From Geosiphon pyriformis uo1 (taxonomy: Eukaryota > Fungi > Glomeromycota), in NCBI GenBank assembly GCA_016748015.1, contig JAAOMT010000607.1, positions 496,001 through 560,000 of the forward strand: a DNA stretch of 64,000 nucleotides, written 5' to 3'. The notes under the pieces are model-generated. The model worked only from the letters and a program-made list of their open reading frames with translations, was not told the DNA's origin and ran no database searches. Below are positions 24,691-37,100 of the stretch, piece by piece. The stretch's first letter is position 1; every line of letters starts with the position of its first letter. Both the position numbers and the translations under genes were made by a program.

Positions 24691-27304
24691 TAATACCTTT
24701 ATTGTTGTCACTGTACCATTTAAGTTTCTGCTTTTTGGAGAGATTAGAAAGCATGATGTATTTTTCAGAATTTGAATCGGAGTCCAAATTGTTGGTATTT
24801 TTGTTGCCATTTTGAACAGAGCTGGAACTGCTGTTTTTGTTGTTATTGTTGTTGGAATTTGAATCGAGATTGAAAGTTAATTTTGATTCTGATGTGCAAT
24901 AACTGATTGGTTTTTCTTCTTCTGGAATTGTGTAGATTATGCATGGTGGTAGATTGTAAATAAGATCACACTCATTACAGTATTAGAAGTTACATGGGAT
25001 CAAATAGTAGTTATATAATCATGTGTTTATTTCTTCCAAACACTGTTCCTACTCTTTTCTTGTTGGTGCCAAATTTTGGTAGTGCTCATAAAACTCCTCT
25101 GGGCCTGTCTCTATGTTAAAAAAAGCATTTGGGTTTGGAATAAAGACAATATTGACTGGTTTTGAGAGATTATTCTTAATTTTCAGGATTTCACTGGGGA
25201 TGGCTCCTTTGACTTTGGCATTTGTCATTTTTCAGATCTCATTTTCATCATGTGGATAGCTGTTCAAGTGAGTTATTGCTCAGTGCCAGGCTGCAGTAAT
25301 GGAAGTGCCACAATTGACCCAGTTACTTATGAGAATTGTGTACTTGCATGAAGTGTCACATGTTCCTCTTTAACCAGAAATATTATTTCATATTTCTTTG
25401 TTGAGTAATCATTCACCACAAGCAAGACATAATTCATTGTTCTACTTTCTCTGTTTCTTTGGGTAACCATAGCATTCTCTATGGCATGGCTTGTAGTAGT
25501 AATAAGTTCTGATTCAGTAGTTTTCATCAGGGGCTATCCAAGCTTTCATAGAGAAAAGTTTCTTTTTACAGTCTTTGTATTTAAGAAATATATGTGGTGG
25601 CTCTTTTATTAGTTTACATAAGTACTTTCTTTCCCAGCCACTAGTTATTTTCTCTGTAGCAACGTTTTTTTCTGGTGCATTTTCTTCCTTTTTTTTTCTC
25701 TTTGTCATCCCAGAAAAGTACTGGTGGTAGCTCATTGTGTTTAGTGTTAGTCCAAGAAACTTGGTACACTTCTCAGGTAGATTTTTTTTTTCTTCTAATT
25801 TGATAAGTGGTTTGTCATTAGTAGTGGTCTTGAAGTGACCACAAGTGGCTGGCACACATGTGTGGTGGCCGTTCTGGCTGAGCTGCAGTTCTTAGATGTT
25901 CCAGTCAAGCACAGCATTGGTTTTAAACAGCCAATTGTTACCAATAAGTGCTTAGTACTGAGTTGCTTCTATTACTAATATCTTGATTAGTATTATAATG
26001 TTATTGATTTCAATAGAAAGTTATCTATTTTATCAATTGAAGTTTTAGTTGCTCCATCAGTGGTTATAATTCTGGCACTGGTGGCACAATCAACTTGGCA
26101 ATCTAATTGGTCCATAAGTTGTTATGTGATAATGCTGCCTGCTAACCTATTATCAAGAATAAGCTTGATAGAATGGCCATTGACTTTGGCATCCATGTAC
26201 ATAGTGGTGATTGGTTTTTTCTCATGTGTGGCTCTACTGAATAAGAATGTGGATGTCAATTCCTCAAATTTAAATGAGAAGATAGCTGTAAGTGATTTGT
26301 CATTGGTAACAGTAGCTGGAAGTATATTGCTGGTAAGTGGTTTTTTTTGGTTGGATTCCATATTGTTGGATGAAGCATCTTCTGGAATTACCAAAAAACT
26401 TAAATAGTTTTGGAAACTTAGGTTTTAGATACACCCAGTTTCTGAACTCTACTGGCATGATCCCAATAGTTGGTTGGAAAAACTAGAGATTAGTTGGTAG
26501 ACAACTATTGCCGATTTCCAGTTTTGAGTAACCCTTGATCTGAGGTTCTTTGATGTCATTTGAGCTGAGTTTAGTGGTGGTGTTGTAATTGCTGATGCCT
26601 AATAAATTATTTATGGCTGTGGAATTTGATAGATTACTGGTGTTGCTGGTTGATAGATTAAAGGTGAGTACAATTGCTGTATTATTGGAATTTGATAAAT
26701 CAGCTGTGTCATTGGAGAGTAATATAATTGAGATTGGTATTGTTCTGGTGATTGATTACTGATGTAATTCTAAGTTTGTAGTTGGCAATCGGAGTTTTGA
26801 TACTGATTAGCTGATCTTAAATCACTTATCTTTTTGCAATATTCAAATTGCAAATGTCCTTATTTACTATAATAGTGACATACATGTATTTCCTGCTGCT
26901 ACTGTTGATTGGTCACCAATATTGAATGTGATTAATTTTAGGTGTAATTGAAGTTTCCTTGATTATTGCATTATTAAGGAAGTTGATAAATAGCATGATT
27001 GGTGTTAGCTAAGTATCCTTTCAATTTCTGATTAATTGAGTTGCTGAATTGCTTCAACTTAGAATCCAAGTCAGATGATTCATTCATTACTAGATTTACT
27101 GCTTGAATGTGATTGGCTTCTAATTTAGTGGATTCGAAATTTTATGTATTGGTGACTGCATCTTGAAGGATTTGTGAGTGCATTGGACATATGTGTTGCA
27201 AAATACTACTGCACAGGCCATGGATGAATTGGTTTAGAATTTGTGGCACTATAAAGTAATTTGCATCAATTGCTTGTATTTGGTACAAATTCCTGTGAAA
27301 ATGT

Positions 27305-28271
27305 TGTTACAGATGATTATTTAGAATTTCAAATCAAATAACAAACCCATAACTTGGTGCTCAATATCTTAATAATGTTGATAATACTGGTGTGTTGTTA
27401 TTATCTGAAGGTTTTATTAATCTGAAGATTTGAAGTTGGAGTTTTTTGTATAATGAACAGAGATTCAATGGTTGTTTTCTCAATAGTCTCTCAGAATTGC
27501 AATTCCGTCAAATTTTTTTCTCAACATAGTGGCCAGTAATTTTGGCAGGGATGCTCTTCTGGTAAGCTATCCTTAAATTCTCAATTCTTATACCTTTTCT
27601 TTGGGGTCTTTTACCAGGCTATTCTTGATGTCAATAATTCAGGGCTTAATCTTTAATCAATTAGTAAACACAACAAAATACAGAAAAGAAAAATAAAATA
27701 AAGAAATATAAAAAAAATAAGCCAAGGTGTTTGCAAGTTAGTATCCTGTTAATAGTCATAATCAAAAGCTATTGTTCCAATGTAGTTAAGTATCAATTAC
27801 TATCAATATAAAGTGTTGATAATAGAAAGTGAATTTGAGTTATTGAATAATTATTTATTGATATTTGTGATGTGAAAGGTTGTTTAGATCAAATCTAAAC
27901 TGGGAGGTCTTGGAATTTTAATAATTATAACTTGTAAGTCTAATTGACTTTGAGAGTTCTACTGACTTTCAGTCTTCTTAATTTTGAGCTTAATTGATTA
28001 ATTTTCTAGCTTCTGATACTACTGTTATATATACATAATTAAAATTTCTTAATTTCTTAATTTTTTACACCAGGAATTCTAGAATTCCTGGAATTCTGTA
28101 ATTTCTTTTGAGAGAAATTCTGGAATTCTGTGATTCCTTGTATGAGAATCTTGAAATTCTTGAAATCCTGCAATTCCTCTTGAAAGGAATTCTGGAATTC
28201 TACATTTACTATAATTACTTCTAATTGGCTAATTTATATGCTAATATACTTCTTATATTTTATAAGTAACA
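27305..28271 (-). mobile_element. Solo LTR E
   Basis: TGTTACA...AGTAACA. Perfect TSD ATGT (27301-27304, 28272-28275). No PBS or PPT adjacent. Confidence 0.95.
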
Positions 28272-29592
28272 ATGTCCTAAGTAAGTAGTAACTGCTTCAG
28301 TTTCTTTTTGCTTGATGGTGGTGAAAATATTTGCTAAGTGATTAATACTATTATTGTTGCTAAAATATCTCAAAAACTCTATTTTAAATATGTTAAAGGT
28401 GACAGGTTTGTTGATCAAGCTTTAATACTAGGAATTAGCAGTATCTTGCAAAAAATATGGGATGATCTGTAAGGCTCTGGTGTCATCTCAATTGTTAGCA
28501 GTAATTGCTTTGACAACATTATTGAGCCAAACCTGGACATTATTTTCTTCACCAGTAAATTTTTCGAGTTTGGCAATTGGTGTGTATGTCATTTGTGCAA
28601 TTAGTTGTTGCTGTTAAACTGGTAGTGGGTGAAGTTGTTGTTATTGTTGAAATGGTTGCTGTTGTAGTTGCTGCTGGGGTGGTGGTTGTGGCTGTTGCTG
28701 TTGCTGATTGTTGATTAGTAGAGCTGATGGTAGATTGATTATAATTACCAGAGATAAGTGTTGTTGATTATTAATGTTGGGGTTTTAATTGTTCTGATTT
28801 TTTGGGTTTTGATTAACTGAAGTTCCAATTTCTGGACTTTTTAGAATTGGGTTTTGTTTACTATTTTCCTGATCACTACCTTCCTCTTCCTCAGAGTCAG
28901 TTATTTTTCAAGAACTAATGGCTTCAAAATCTGGTTGTAGTGGTGGTGATCAAATTCCTAATGGTGTTGGAAATCACAATTTAAATCCCTCAAAGTAATT
29001 GCCATATGTTCTTAGTAACTCTGTTTTCTTTTGTTTACTTTGGAACAAAATCTTGTTCAATAGTGTTGTTATATTTGTGGTAGATGTGTCTGTTAATGTT
29101 ATATTGATAGTGCTTCTAGGAGTATGATGATAAGATAAATTGGCAGGTGAATCAAATTTCTGTTTTTTCCAAGTAGATAGTTGGATTTGCTTTAGAGTTC
29201 CTACTGGTGTTTGTAGTCTTTCTTTTTCTTTGTTAACAAACATAATAGAAAATCTTTGTTTGGTGTATTTTTCAATTTCTCTGTTTATTTTTGTGATTAG
29301 TAGTGTGAATAAATAGTTTTGTGGAAAGGTAGTGCTTTAGAGTAGTTTACTGAAAAAATTGTTGAAGATAAATTCTGGATCTCCTTGGCCTCTTAAATAA
29401 TATATGATTCTCTCATTGATATAGTAGTTGAAAGCTGATTTTGTTGGCCAACTATTATTTGTTAATCTGAAATGAGTGTATTAGTGTTGAAATAAGTATT
29501 TTGTAAATCCCAAATGGTTTGTCTCTGTTTCTTTGGATTCTGCCATTGTTTTGGATGAGTGTTTGTTGATGCTGGTTCTCTGTAGGATTATA

Positions 29593-29609
29593 CTTCACAG
29601 GGAGCATCA
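29593..29609 (-). promoter_or_regulatory. C primer binding site
   Basis: TGATGCTCCCTGTGAAG on the minus strand. Confidence 0.85.
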
Positions 29610-29611
29610 AA

Positions 29612-30443
29612 TATTACAAATGATTATTTGGAGTCTTAAATCAAATAACAAATCCATAACTTGGTGCTCAATATTTTGATGATGTTAGTAATATCAGTAC
29701 ATTGTTTGTATCTGAAGGTTTTAAGTTGAGTCCTTTGTATAATAAATAGACATTTAATGGTTGTCTTCTCAGTAGCTTCTCAGAATCACAATTCCATCTA
29801 ATTTCTTTCTTAGCATAATGACTGGTAATCTTGGCAAAGATGTCTTTCTGGTAAGCTATTCTTAAATTCTCAATTCATATACTCTTTCTTTGAGGTCTTT
29901 TACCAGGCTATCCTTGATGTCAATAATTCAGCACTTAATCCTTAATCAATTAGTAGACACAACCAAATAAAGAAAATAAAAAAATAAAAAAAATAAAGAA
30001 AGATAAAGAGAATAAGCCAAGATGTTTACAAGTTAATATTTTGTCAATAGCCATGATCAAGAGTTATTGTTTCAGTATGGTTAAGTATCAATTGCTATTA
30101 ACATAAAGTGTTGATAGTGGAGAGTGAATTGAGATAGTAAATAATTATTTATTGATATTTGTGTATAGAGAAGTTGCTTAGATCAAATTTAAACTGAGAG
30201 GTCTGTCTTTTTTACTTCTAATGCTACTGCTATATATACATAATTGAGATTCTTCAATTCCTTAATTCTTTACACCAGAAATCTTGGAATTTCTGGAATC
30301 CTGCAATTCCTTATACAAGAATCCTAAAATTCCTAAAATCCTGCAATTTCTTTGAAAAGAATTCTAGAATTCTACATTTATTATGGCTACTTTTGATTGG
30401 CTAATTTATGTGCTAATATACTTCTTATATTCTATGAGTAACA
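29612..30443 (-). repeat. C 5' LTR
   Basis: Pair of 9310-10157. Confidence 0.93.
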
Positions 30444-30494
30444 GCACATATAAGCTTCAAGACCACAAAAAAGAGAACAATAGAAATTTTAAAC

Positions 30495-31265
30495 ATGGAC
30501 TTTTCAAACAAAATTTTAAAATTATCTAAACAATTATTTAACAAAATTTAAAAATCTACATCTTAAATAGAAATTATAATCAATAAAAAAAAGATAAGAT
30601 ATAAAAATAAGAGAAAGAGAAGAATAGGTGAAAGTTTAACTAAAACTAACCATTCTTATCCCTACATTTTGTCTAAAAAAGAAATTTTATAAAAAGAAAT
30701 TAAATATACTTCTTAGGTAGTATATGGAAAAAAAAGAGGGGAAGAAAAAAAAAGAATGGAAAAATTGGATAGAAGACAAAAACAATTATATACAACATAC
30801 TTGGCTCTTAAGCTAGAAAAAATTAAAAAATCTTTAGCTTGTGAGACCAAACTCTCCGAAACAGGGGAGTGAACACCAGACAATGTTCAGAAGTGGAAAA
30901 AAAGACTCTTTCCAACATATTGGTTTTATAAAATTGAAGAACAATTAGACTTAGAAAACCCATACAGAGACTACAACCAGAAAACTTTTAACAAAGAAGC
31001 AATGTGACAAATGAAGGAATTCATAAAAAAGAGCAACCTAATACTATACTACAAAGCAGCATGTCAATTATACATTGCTTTTCAACATTGTCCAAATGTA
31101 TTATTAGATGAATCTTTGAAAAAGATAACAGTTAACAATATAGAACAAATAATTAATTAACAGTTCAAAGATCTACAAAAAGCCATAGTCAACATAACCA
31201 TCAAATATTACACAAATAAAGTTTTATTAACAGACATAACTAATTTTACAGGAGCTTAATATTAA
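30495..31265 (+). pseudogene. B ORF3 (divergent, longer variant)
   Basis: MDFSNKILKLSKQLF...YKAACQLYIAFQHCPNVLL...ITVNNIEQII..QFKDL...FTGA(Q)Y*. Aligns by eye with the other ORF3s. Ends at the PPT (31264-31279). Confidence 0.7.
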
Positions 31266-31279
31266 AAAAGAGGAGATAA

Positions 31280-32249
31280 TATTACTTGAAGAAAAAAAGC
31301 TTATTAAAGAAAGAAAGAAAAATGTGACTTAAAGAAAAATATGACAAAACATGAAAGGACACAGAATAATATGCAATAATATTGAATAATACATTATAAT
31401 GTAGGATAATGTATTATAATACAGAATAATACAGAATAATGTATTATAATATAGAATAACATGTTATAATGCAGAATAATACAAAATAATATGTAATAAC
31501 ATTAGATAATGTGTTATAATATAAGATAATTAGTTATAATATAAGAAAATGAAGCAATAGTTAGCAAGAACAAATGATTCAAAGCAATCCTGTAAAACTA
31601 GAAAATATGTATATATAGTAGTAACATTAGAAGCAAAAAAGACAGAATCTTCAGACAGAAATTCATTAGTTACTATTTTCTAGTTAGAAACCATATTATT
31701 CCAAATATCAATAAATATACTTATTTAGCATTTCAAATCCAATTGCTTGCTATCAACTCTCAATGTTGATAGTAATTGATACTTGACCACACTGGAACAA
31801 TAGCTCTTGATTATAGCTATTAACAGAATACTAACTTGTAATTGCTTTGGTTTATTTTCTTTATTTTTTTTTATCTCTTTTATTTTATTTTCTTTATTTT
31901 GTTGTGTTTACTAATTGATTGAGGATTAAGTGTTGAGTTATTGATGTCAAAGATTGCTTGGTAAAAGACCTCTGCAAGTGGGTAGAATGTATAAGAATTA
32001 TGGATTGCTTACTAGAGGATTGCCAGCCACCAAGCTGAGAAAGAAATTAATAGAATTGCAATTCTAGAAAGCTATTGATAAAATAACATAGGAATCTTTG
32101 TCTATTATACAAAAGATTCAATCAAAACCTTCAGAATGCAAAAACCTTCAGATTGAAACACCTTCAGATATTATCAATCAGTTCAGCTATTGAGCACCAA
32201 GTTACAAATTTGTTATTTGACTCAAGACCCCAAATAATTATCTGTAACA
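31280..32249 (+). repeat. B 3' LTR
   Basis: Pair of 906-1858; ends TGTAACA followed by TSD CTAT. Confidence 0.95.
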
Positions 32250-33138
32250 CTATTCAACAATTTTATTAACATCTTTGCCAGTGAAAACAAATTTGGCAGA
32301 ACTGACATTATTCAACATCAGATTAAAACTGGAGATGCTATGGCAATCAAATAACAAGCATATTAAATACTATTAGCAAGTCATGAAATCATCTGACAAG
32401 AAATTAACAGAATGTTGAACAATAAGTTAATTCAACCATCAATGAATTTATGGTTGTTATTAGTAATACTAGTCCAGAATAAGAATAGAAAAATCCATTT
32501 TTGTGTAGACTACAGAAAACTTAACAGTATTATTTATAGAGACAGCTATCTAACTCCATGAATTCAAGAACTATTTGATGTATTTAGAAGAAAAAAATGG
32601 CTTTCAATATTGAATCTAAACAGTAGTTATTAGCAAGTAGTCATAAATTCAGCCAAAAAAAAAAGACTACATTCACAATCAGAGAAAAAAAATTTGAATT
32701 TGATGTTATGCTATTTGGCTTAATGAATACTCCAGCTATTTTTCAACAACTTATAAAAATTGTCTACACTAAATTACTATAGAAACCAGTAGTAGTTTAC
32801 TTAAATGACATTAATGTATTTTCAAAAACATTTGATGATCATTTTCACTATCTCTAACAAGTGTTTGAAAGACTAAGAAGAACTGGACTAAAGTTAAATA
32901 CTACAAAGTATTTCTTTGAAAAAACTGAGCTCAAGTTTTTGGAACATATTGTAAGCAAAAATAGCATCAAAATGGATTCAGATAAGATTGAAATTGTCAA
33001 GAACTTTCTAGTATCAACAAATCTTACAGAATTAAGAGCATTCTTAAAATTTACTGAATACTATTGCCACTTTATTCAAAACTTCTCTAAACTGGCTCAA
33101 CTATTTTAACAGTTCCAAGCAAAAAATGTGAAATATAA
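32250..33138 (+). pseudogene. pol: A pol fragment: reverse transcriptase
   Basis: FCVDYRKLN, decayed VVVYLNDINVFS, ELKFLEH. Confidence 0.9.
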
Positions 33139-34058
33139 TGTTACTCATAAAAAGAAAACAGATATAGGAAAATAGGAAACCAATAAGTGAATAGCATTTA
33201 GCACATGAGCACATTACTCAGCAATATAGAACAATGACAGAAATCATGGCACATTACTTAGCAATGTGGAGCAATGTCAAAAAGCATGGCACATTGCTTA
33301 GCAATATGGAGCAATGTTAGAAATTAGGGCATATTGCTCAGCAATGTAAGTATTGCTCAAGAAATCATAACATATTGCTTGAGAATGTGAGTGATCATGT
33401 AAAACATCAATTATGTATATATAGTGGTAGTATTAGAAGTAGAAAAAGCAGAATTCTTTAGTTAGAGATCTTTTAGTTTAGATTTGATCTAAGCAACTTT
33501 TCATATCCCAAATATTAATAAATAAATATTTACCATTTCAAATCCACTCTCCACTATCAACACTTCATGTTGATAATCATTAACACTTAACTGGAACAAT
33601 AGCTCTTGATTACAGCTATTGACGAGATATTAATTTACCAATTGCCTTGGCTTATTTCTTACTTCTTTTATTTTTCTTTCTTTTATTTTCTTTTTTTTTG
33701 ATTTTGGCTGTATACTAATTGATTGAGGGATTAAGTGCTGAATTATTAATGTCAAGAATAGCCTGGTAAAAGACCCCAAAAAAAGAGTATAAGAATTAAG
33801 AATTTAAGAATAGCTTACCAAAAGGGCATCCTTGCCAAGATTACTGGTCATTATGCTGAGAAAAAAATTTGATAGAATTGCGATTCCGGGAGGCTACTGA
33901 AAAGACAATTATTGAATCTCTGTTCATTATACAAAGAACTCAACAAACCAAAACCTTCAGATCCATAACACTAGCAACAACTGATATTAATTAAGACATT
34001 GAGCACCAAGTTACAGATTTGTTATTTGACTTAAGACCCCAAATAATCACTTGTAACA
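33139..34058 (+). repeat. F 5' LTR
   Basis: TGTTAC...TGTAACA. TATATATA 33416-33423. AATAAA ~33517. Confidence 0.95.
33201..33385 (+). promoter_or_regulatory. F U3 array, 40-bp unit with palindromic CACATTGCTCAGCAATGTG
   Basis: Units at 33209, 33249 and 33289; also at ~42468-42635. Confidence 0.7.
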
Positions 34059-34060
34059 TT

Positions 34061-34077
34061 TGGTGCTCCCTGTAAAG
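34061..34077 (+). promoter_or_regulatory. F primer binding site
   Basis: TGGTGCTCCCTGT, 2 nt after the LTR. Confidence 0.9.
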
Positions 34078-34120
34078 TATAATCTTACAGAAAACCAGCA
34101 CCAACTATACTCATTCAAAA

Positions 34121-37100
34121 GTGGCAGAATCAGAATCAATAGGAGCAAACCATTTAGGATTCATGAAATCCTTATTTCAACATTACTGTCAACATTTAGA
34201 ATTAAACCACAATTACATATTAGTGGAATCAGCTTTCAATTTCTATGTCAACAAGAGAATTGCATATCTGTTAAGAACACCAATAAATACTAAGTCAGCA
34301 AGGGAAACCTTTTACAACAAATTAATTCAAAACACTAGCCTACTAACAAACCACAATTTTGCATCCATCATCACAGAAATCAATAAAAAAATTGAATATT
34401 ACATCCAACAAAGATACCCAATTACATATGCCAGTAAAGAAAAAGGAAAACTGCAAACACCAGTAGTAACATCCCAAAAGATACAACCACTTACTTAGAA
34501 GAAAACCAGAGTTGAATCACCAACTAATCTATCATACCACTATACATCTGGAAGTGTCATCAACATCTTATCAACAGGCACATTCACTTCAAACATGATA
34601 TCAACATTTGGATGACTCCCATTTCAAAGTAAACAAAAGAAAACAGAATTACTAGGAACTTATGGTGATTATTTTAAAGAATTTAAATCACAATTGCCAA
34701 CACCATCAGGATTTCAATCACTGCCATCTCAACCAGATTTCAGAAATGCAAGTCTCTGGGAGATAATGGAATCAGACAAGGAGGAAGAAGAAGAAGCTAA
34801 AGATCAAGAATTTACTTACCAAAACCCAATTCCAGAAAATCCAGAAATTGAAACTCTGAATTTTCAAAATCAGCAAAATCAGAATGATCAAAACCCCAAT
34901 ATTAATAATCAACAACACTTATCTTCAGTCATCATTATTAACCCACCACCAGTTGCTCTACAACAACAGCCACTACCACAACCCCAAATTTAATTACCAC
35001 TTCAACCACCACAACAATCAAACTTGGATCCAATAGTCTACACTCCAATAGCAAAACTCAAAAAGTTCACTGGTAAAGAAGACAATATCCAAATATGGCT
35101 TAATAATATCAAAAAGGCCATCATGGCCAATGGATGGAATGATGTCAAAGCTCTCCAAACCATTCCCTATTTTCTTCAGAATACTGCTAATTTATGGTAT
35201 TAGAGTTTGGCCCAGAAACCACAAACTTTTGATGCATTTAAAATAGAATTTTTAAGATATTTCAGTAACAACAACAGTATCAACCACCTGGCAAATATTT
35301 TTACCACTATCAAACAAGGAGAAAATGAAGCAGTTACTACTTACTTAGGACACTTCCACAGAAATCTGTGCCAAATCCAAGCAATCCAGACTGATTATTT
35401 TACAGTGCCACAAATCCTAAATCAATTCATTTGAGACCTATGCAGTAGTATTCTCCAATGCATATGCCCAATGCATCTGGTAGACCTTCAAGCCGCAGTT
35501 ACAAACACCAGAGATTTTGAGGCAGCTGAACTTGAAGCTAATCATGTCCAAGTCATAAATCTAGTAATGAACAAATTATTTGAATTGGATTCCAAATTAA
35601 AGCAATTCAGTGAATTAATTAACCAGAAATTAGAGGAGTACTTAGCTAATACCAATCAAGCCATTTATCAATCCCCACAACAATGCAACAATCAGGAAAA
35701 TAGAAATCACTCCCAAAATTAATTGCATCCAACATTATCTTCAACCAATCAACAGTGACATCAAGAAACATATGCATACTACTATTGTGGTAAATAAAAA
35801 CATTTACAAATTGAATGTCGAAAAAAGATAAGTGACCAGAAATTAGCTAATCCATATCAAAACTTTGATCACCAACTACAAACTCAAAATTATGTCAATA
35901 ATCAATTACTAGAACAATATCAACCAAATTACATACCTATGATGCAGCAGCAAATCTATCAACCACTAATTTATCAGCCAATAACACTCATCATTTATTA
36001 GCTGCAGCCTCAATCCATTTATTAACCACAGTCTCAAGTAATTTATTAGCCCCAACAAATTCAAATACTGCCACAGAACTTACCTCAAAATGGAATTCAA
36101 AGGCCAAGACTAACACAACAAAGCTGGAGATTGTCAATAGTAGTCTATCAACCAATCTCTAGTTCCTTCATGTAACCATCAAGATTGCGACAACAAAATT
36201 TGGGCACTAGGTACATCCAAAACCTGAAATTTCAGAACTATTTAAATCTTCTGGTTACCCCAAAAGACACTACATCCAACCATCCAGAACCCAACCAGAA
36301 GCAGTCACTTACCAGCAATATCTCACCAGGAACTGTTACCAACAACAAGTTACTTGCAACTATCTTCCCATTCAAACTTGAAGAATTGACATCAATGCTC
36401 TTGTTCAGTGGAACTGCACTCAAGGAAAAACCAATCATCATGATGTACACTGACACCAAAATTGATGGTCAGCCTATCAAATTGAGTCTAAATAGTGGAT
36501 TAGCTGGCAGCATCATCACAAAACAGCTCATGAACCAATTAGGTTGCCAAGTTGATTGAACTGCCAGTACAAAAATAATTACAGCTAATGGAGCCACCAA
36601 GACTCCAATTGGCAAAATAAATAACTTGTCCATAGAAATCAATGGCATCACTGTATTAATCAAGGTATTAGTCATGGAAACCACTCAATACCAAGCACTC
36701 TGGGCAATAACTAGCTGTTCAAAATCAATGCAACACTCGAAACATTCAAGAGCTCCAGCTTAGCCAAAACAGATGATACACATGTGTACTAGCCACGTGT
36801 GGCCACTTTAAGCCCATCAGCACCACTTGTCAAATTTGAAAAAGAAAAAGAGAAACCTACCTGGGAAGTCTACCAAGTCTCTTGGACCAATAAAAACCAC
36901 AACAAGCTACCACTGATACTCTCTTGGAACGACAATAAGAGAAAAGGAAAGGAAAAAGAAAAACTTACCTGAAATGCTGACCAAGCCTGGGAAACTGATA
37001 ACAATCAAGACAAATTAGCAAACTGGAAGTGGGAAGAAACTAACAAAGAAAAAAGAAAGAAGAAGGAAGAAGAAACCACTTGCACCAGCAGCACTTATAG

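Larger units (their letters stand above)
21064..29546 (-). pseudogene. gag-pol: C gag-pol (gag interrupted by solo LTR E)
   Basis: RT ORF 22967-23425, dUTPase ORF 23942-24787, integrase ORF 21748-22050, protease ~26140. Confidence 0.95.
9310..30443 (-). mobile_element. Element C: full-length, inserted between B pol and B ORF3; contains D and E
   Basis: LTRs 9310-10157 and 29612-30443. TSD GCAT/GCAC (9306-9309, 30444-30447). Confidence 0.93.
906..32249 (+). mobile_element. Element B: full-length Ty3/Gypsy element, contains C (with D and E)
   Basis: Paired LTRs 906-1858 and 31280-32249. TSD CTAT (902-905, 32250-32253). PBS, gag-pol, ORF3 and PPT present. Confidence 0.95.

Noticed and set aside
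33450-34058. Hammerhead ribozyme or classic Tf1-type self-priming
   Set aside because: No CUGANGA...GAAA core was found by eye. The anti-PBS lies ~580 nt downstream of TATA rather than at the transcript 5' end, and the PBS begins with TGG like tRNA-primed elements.
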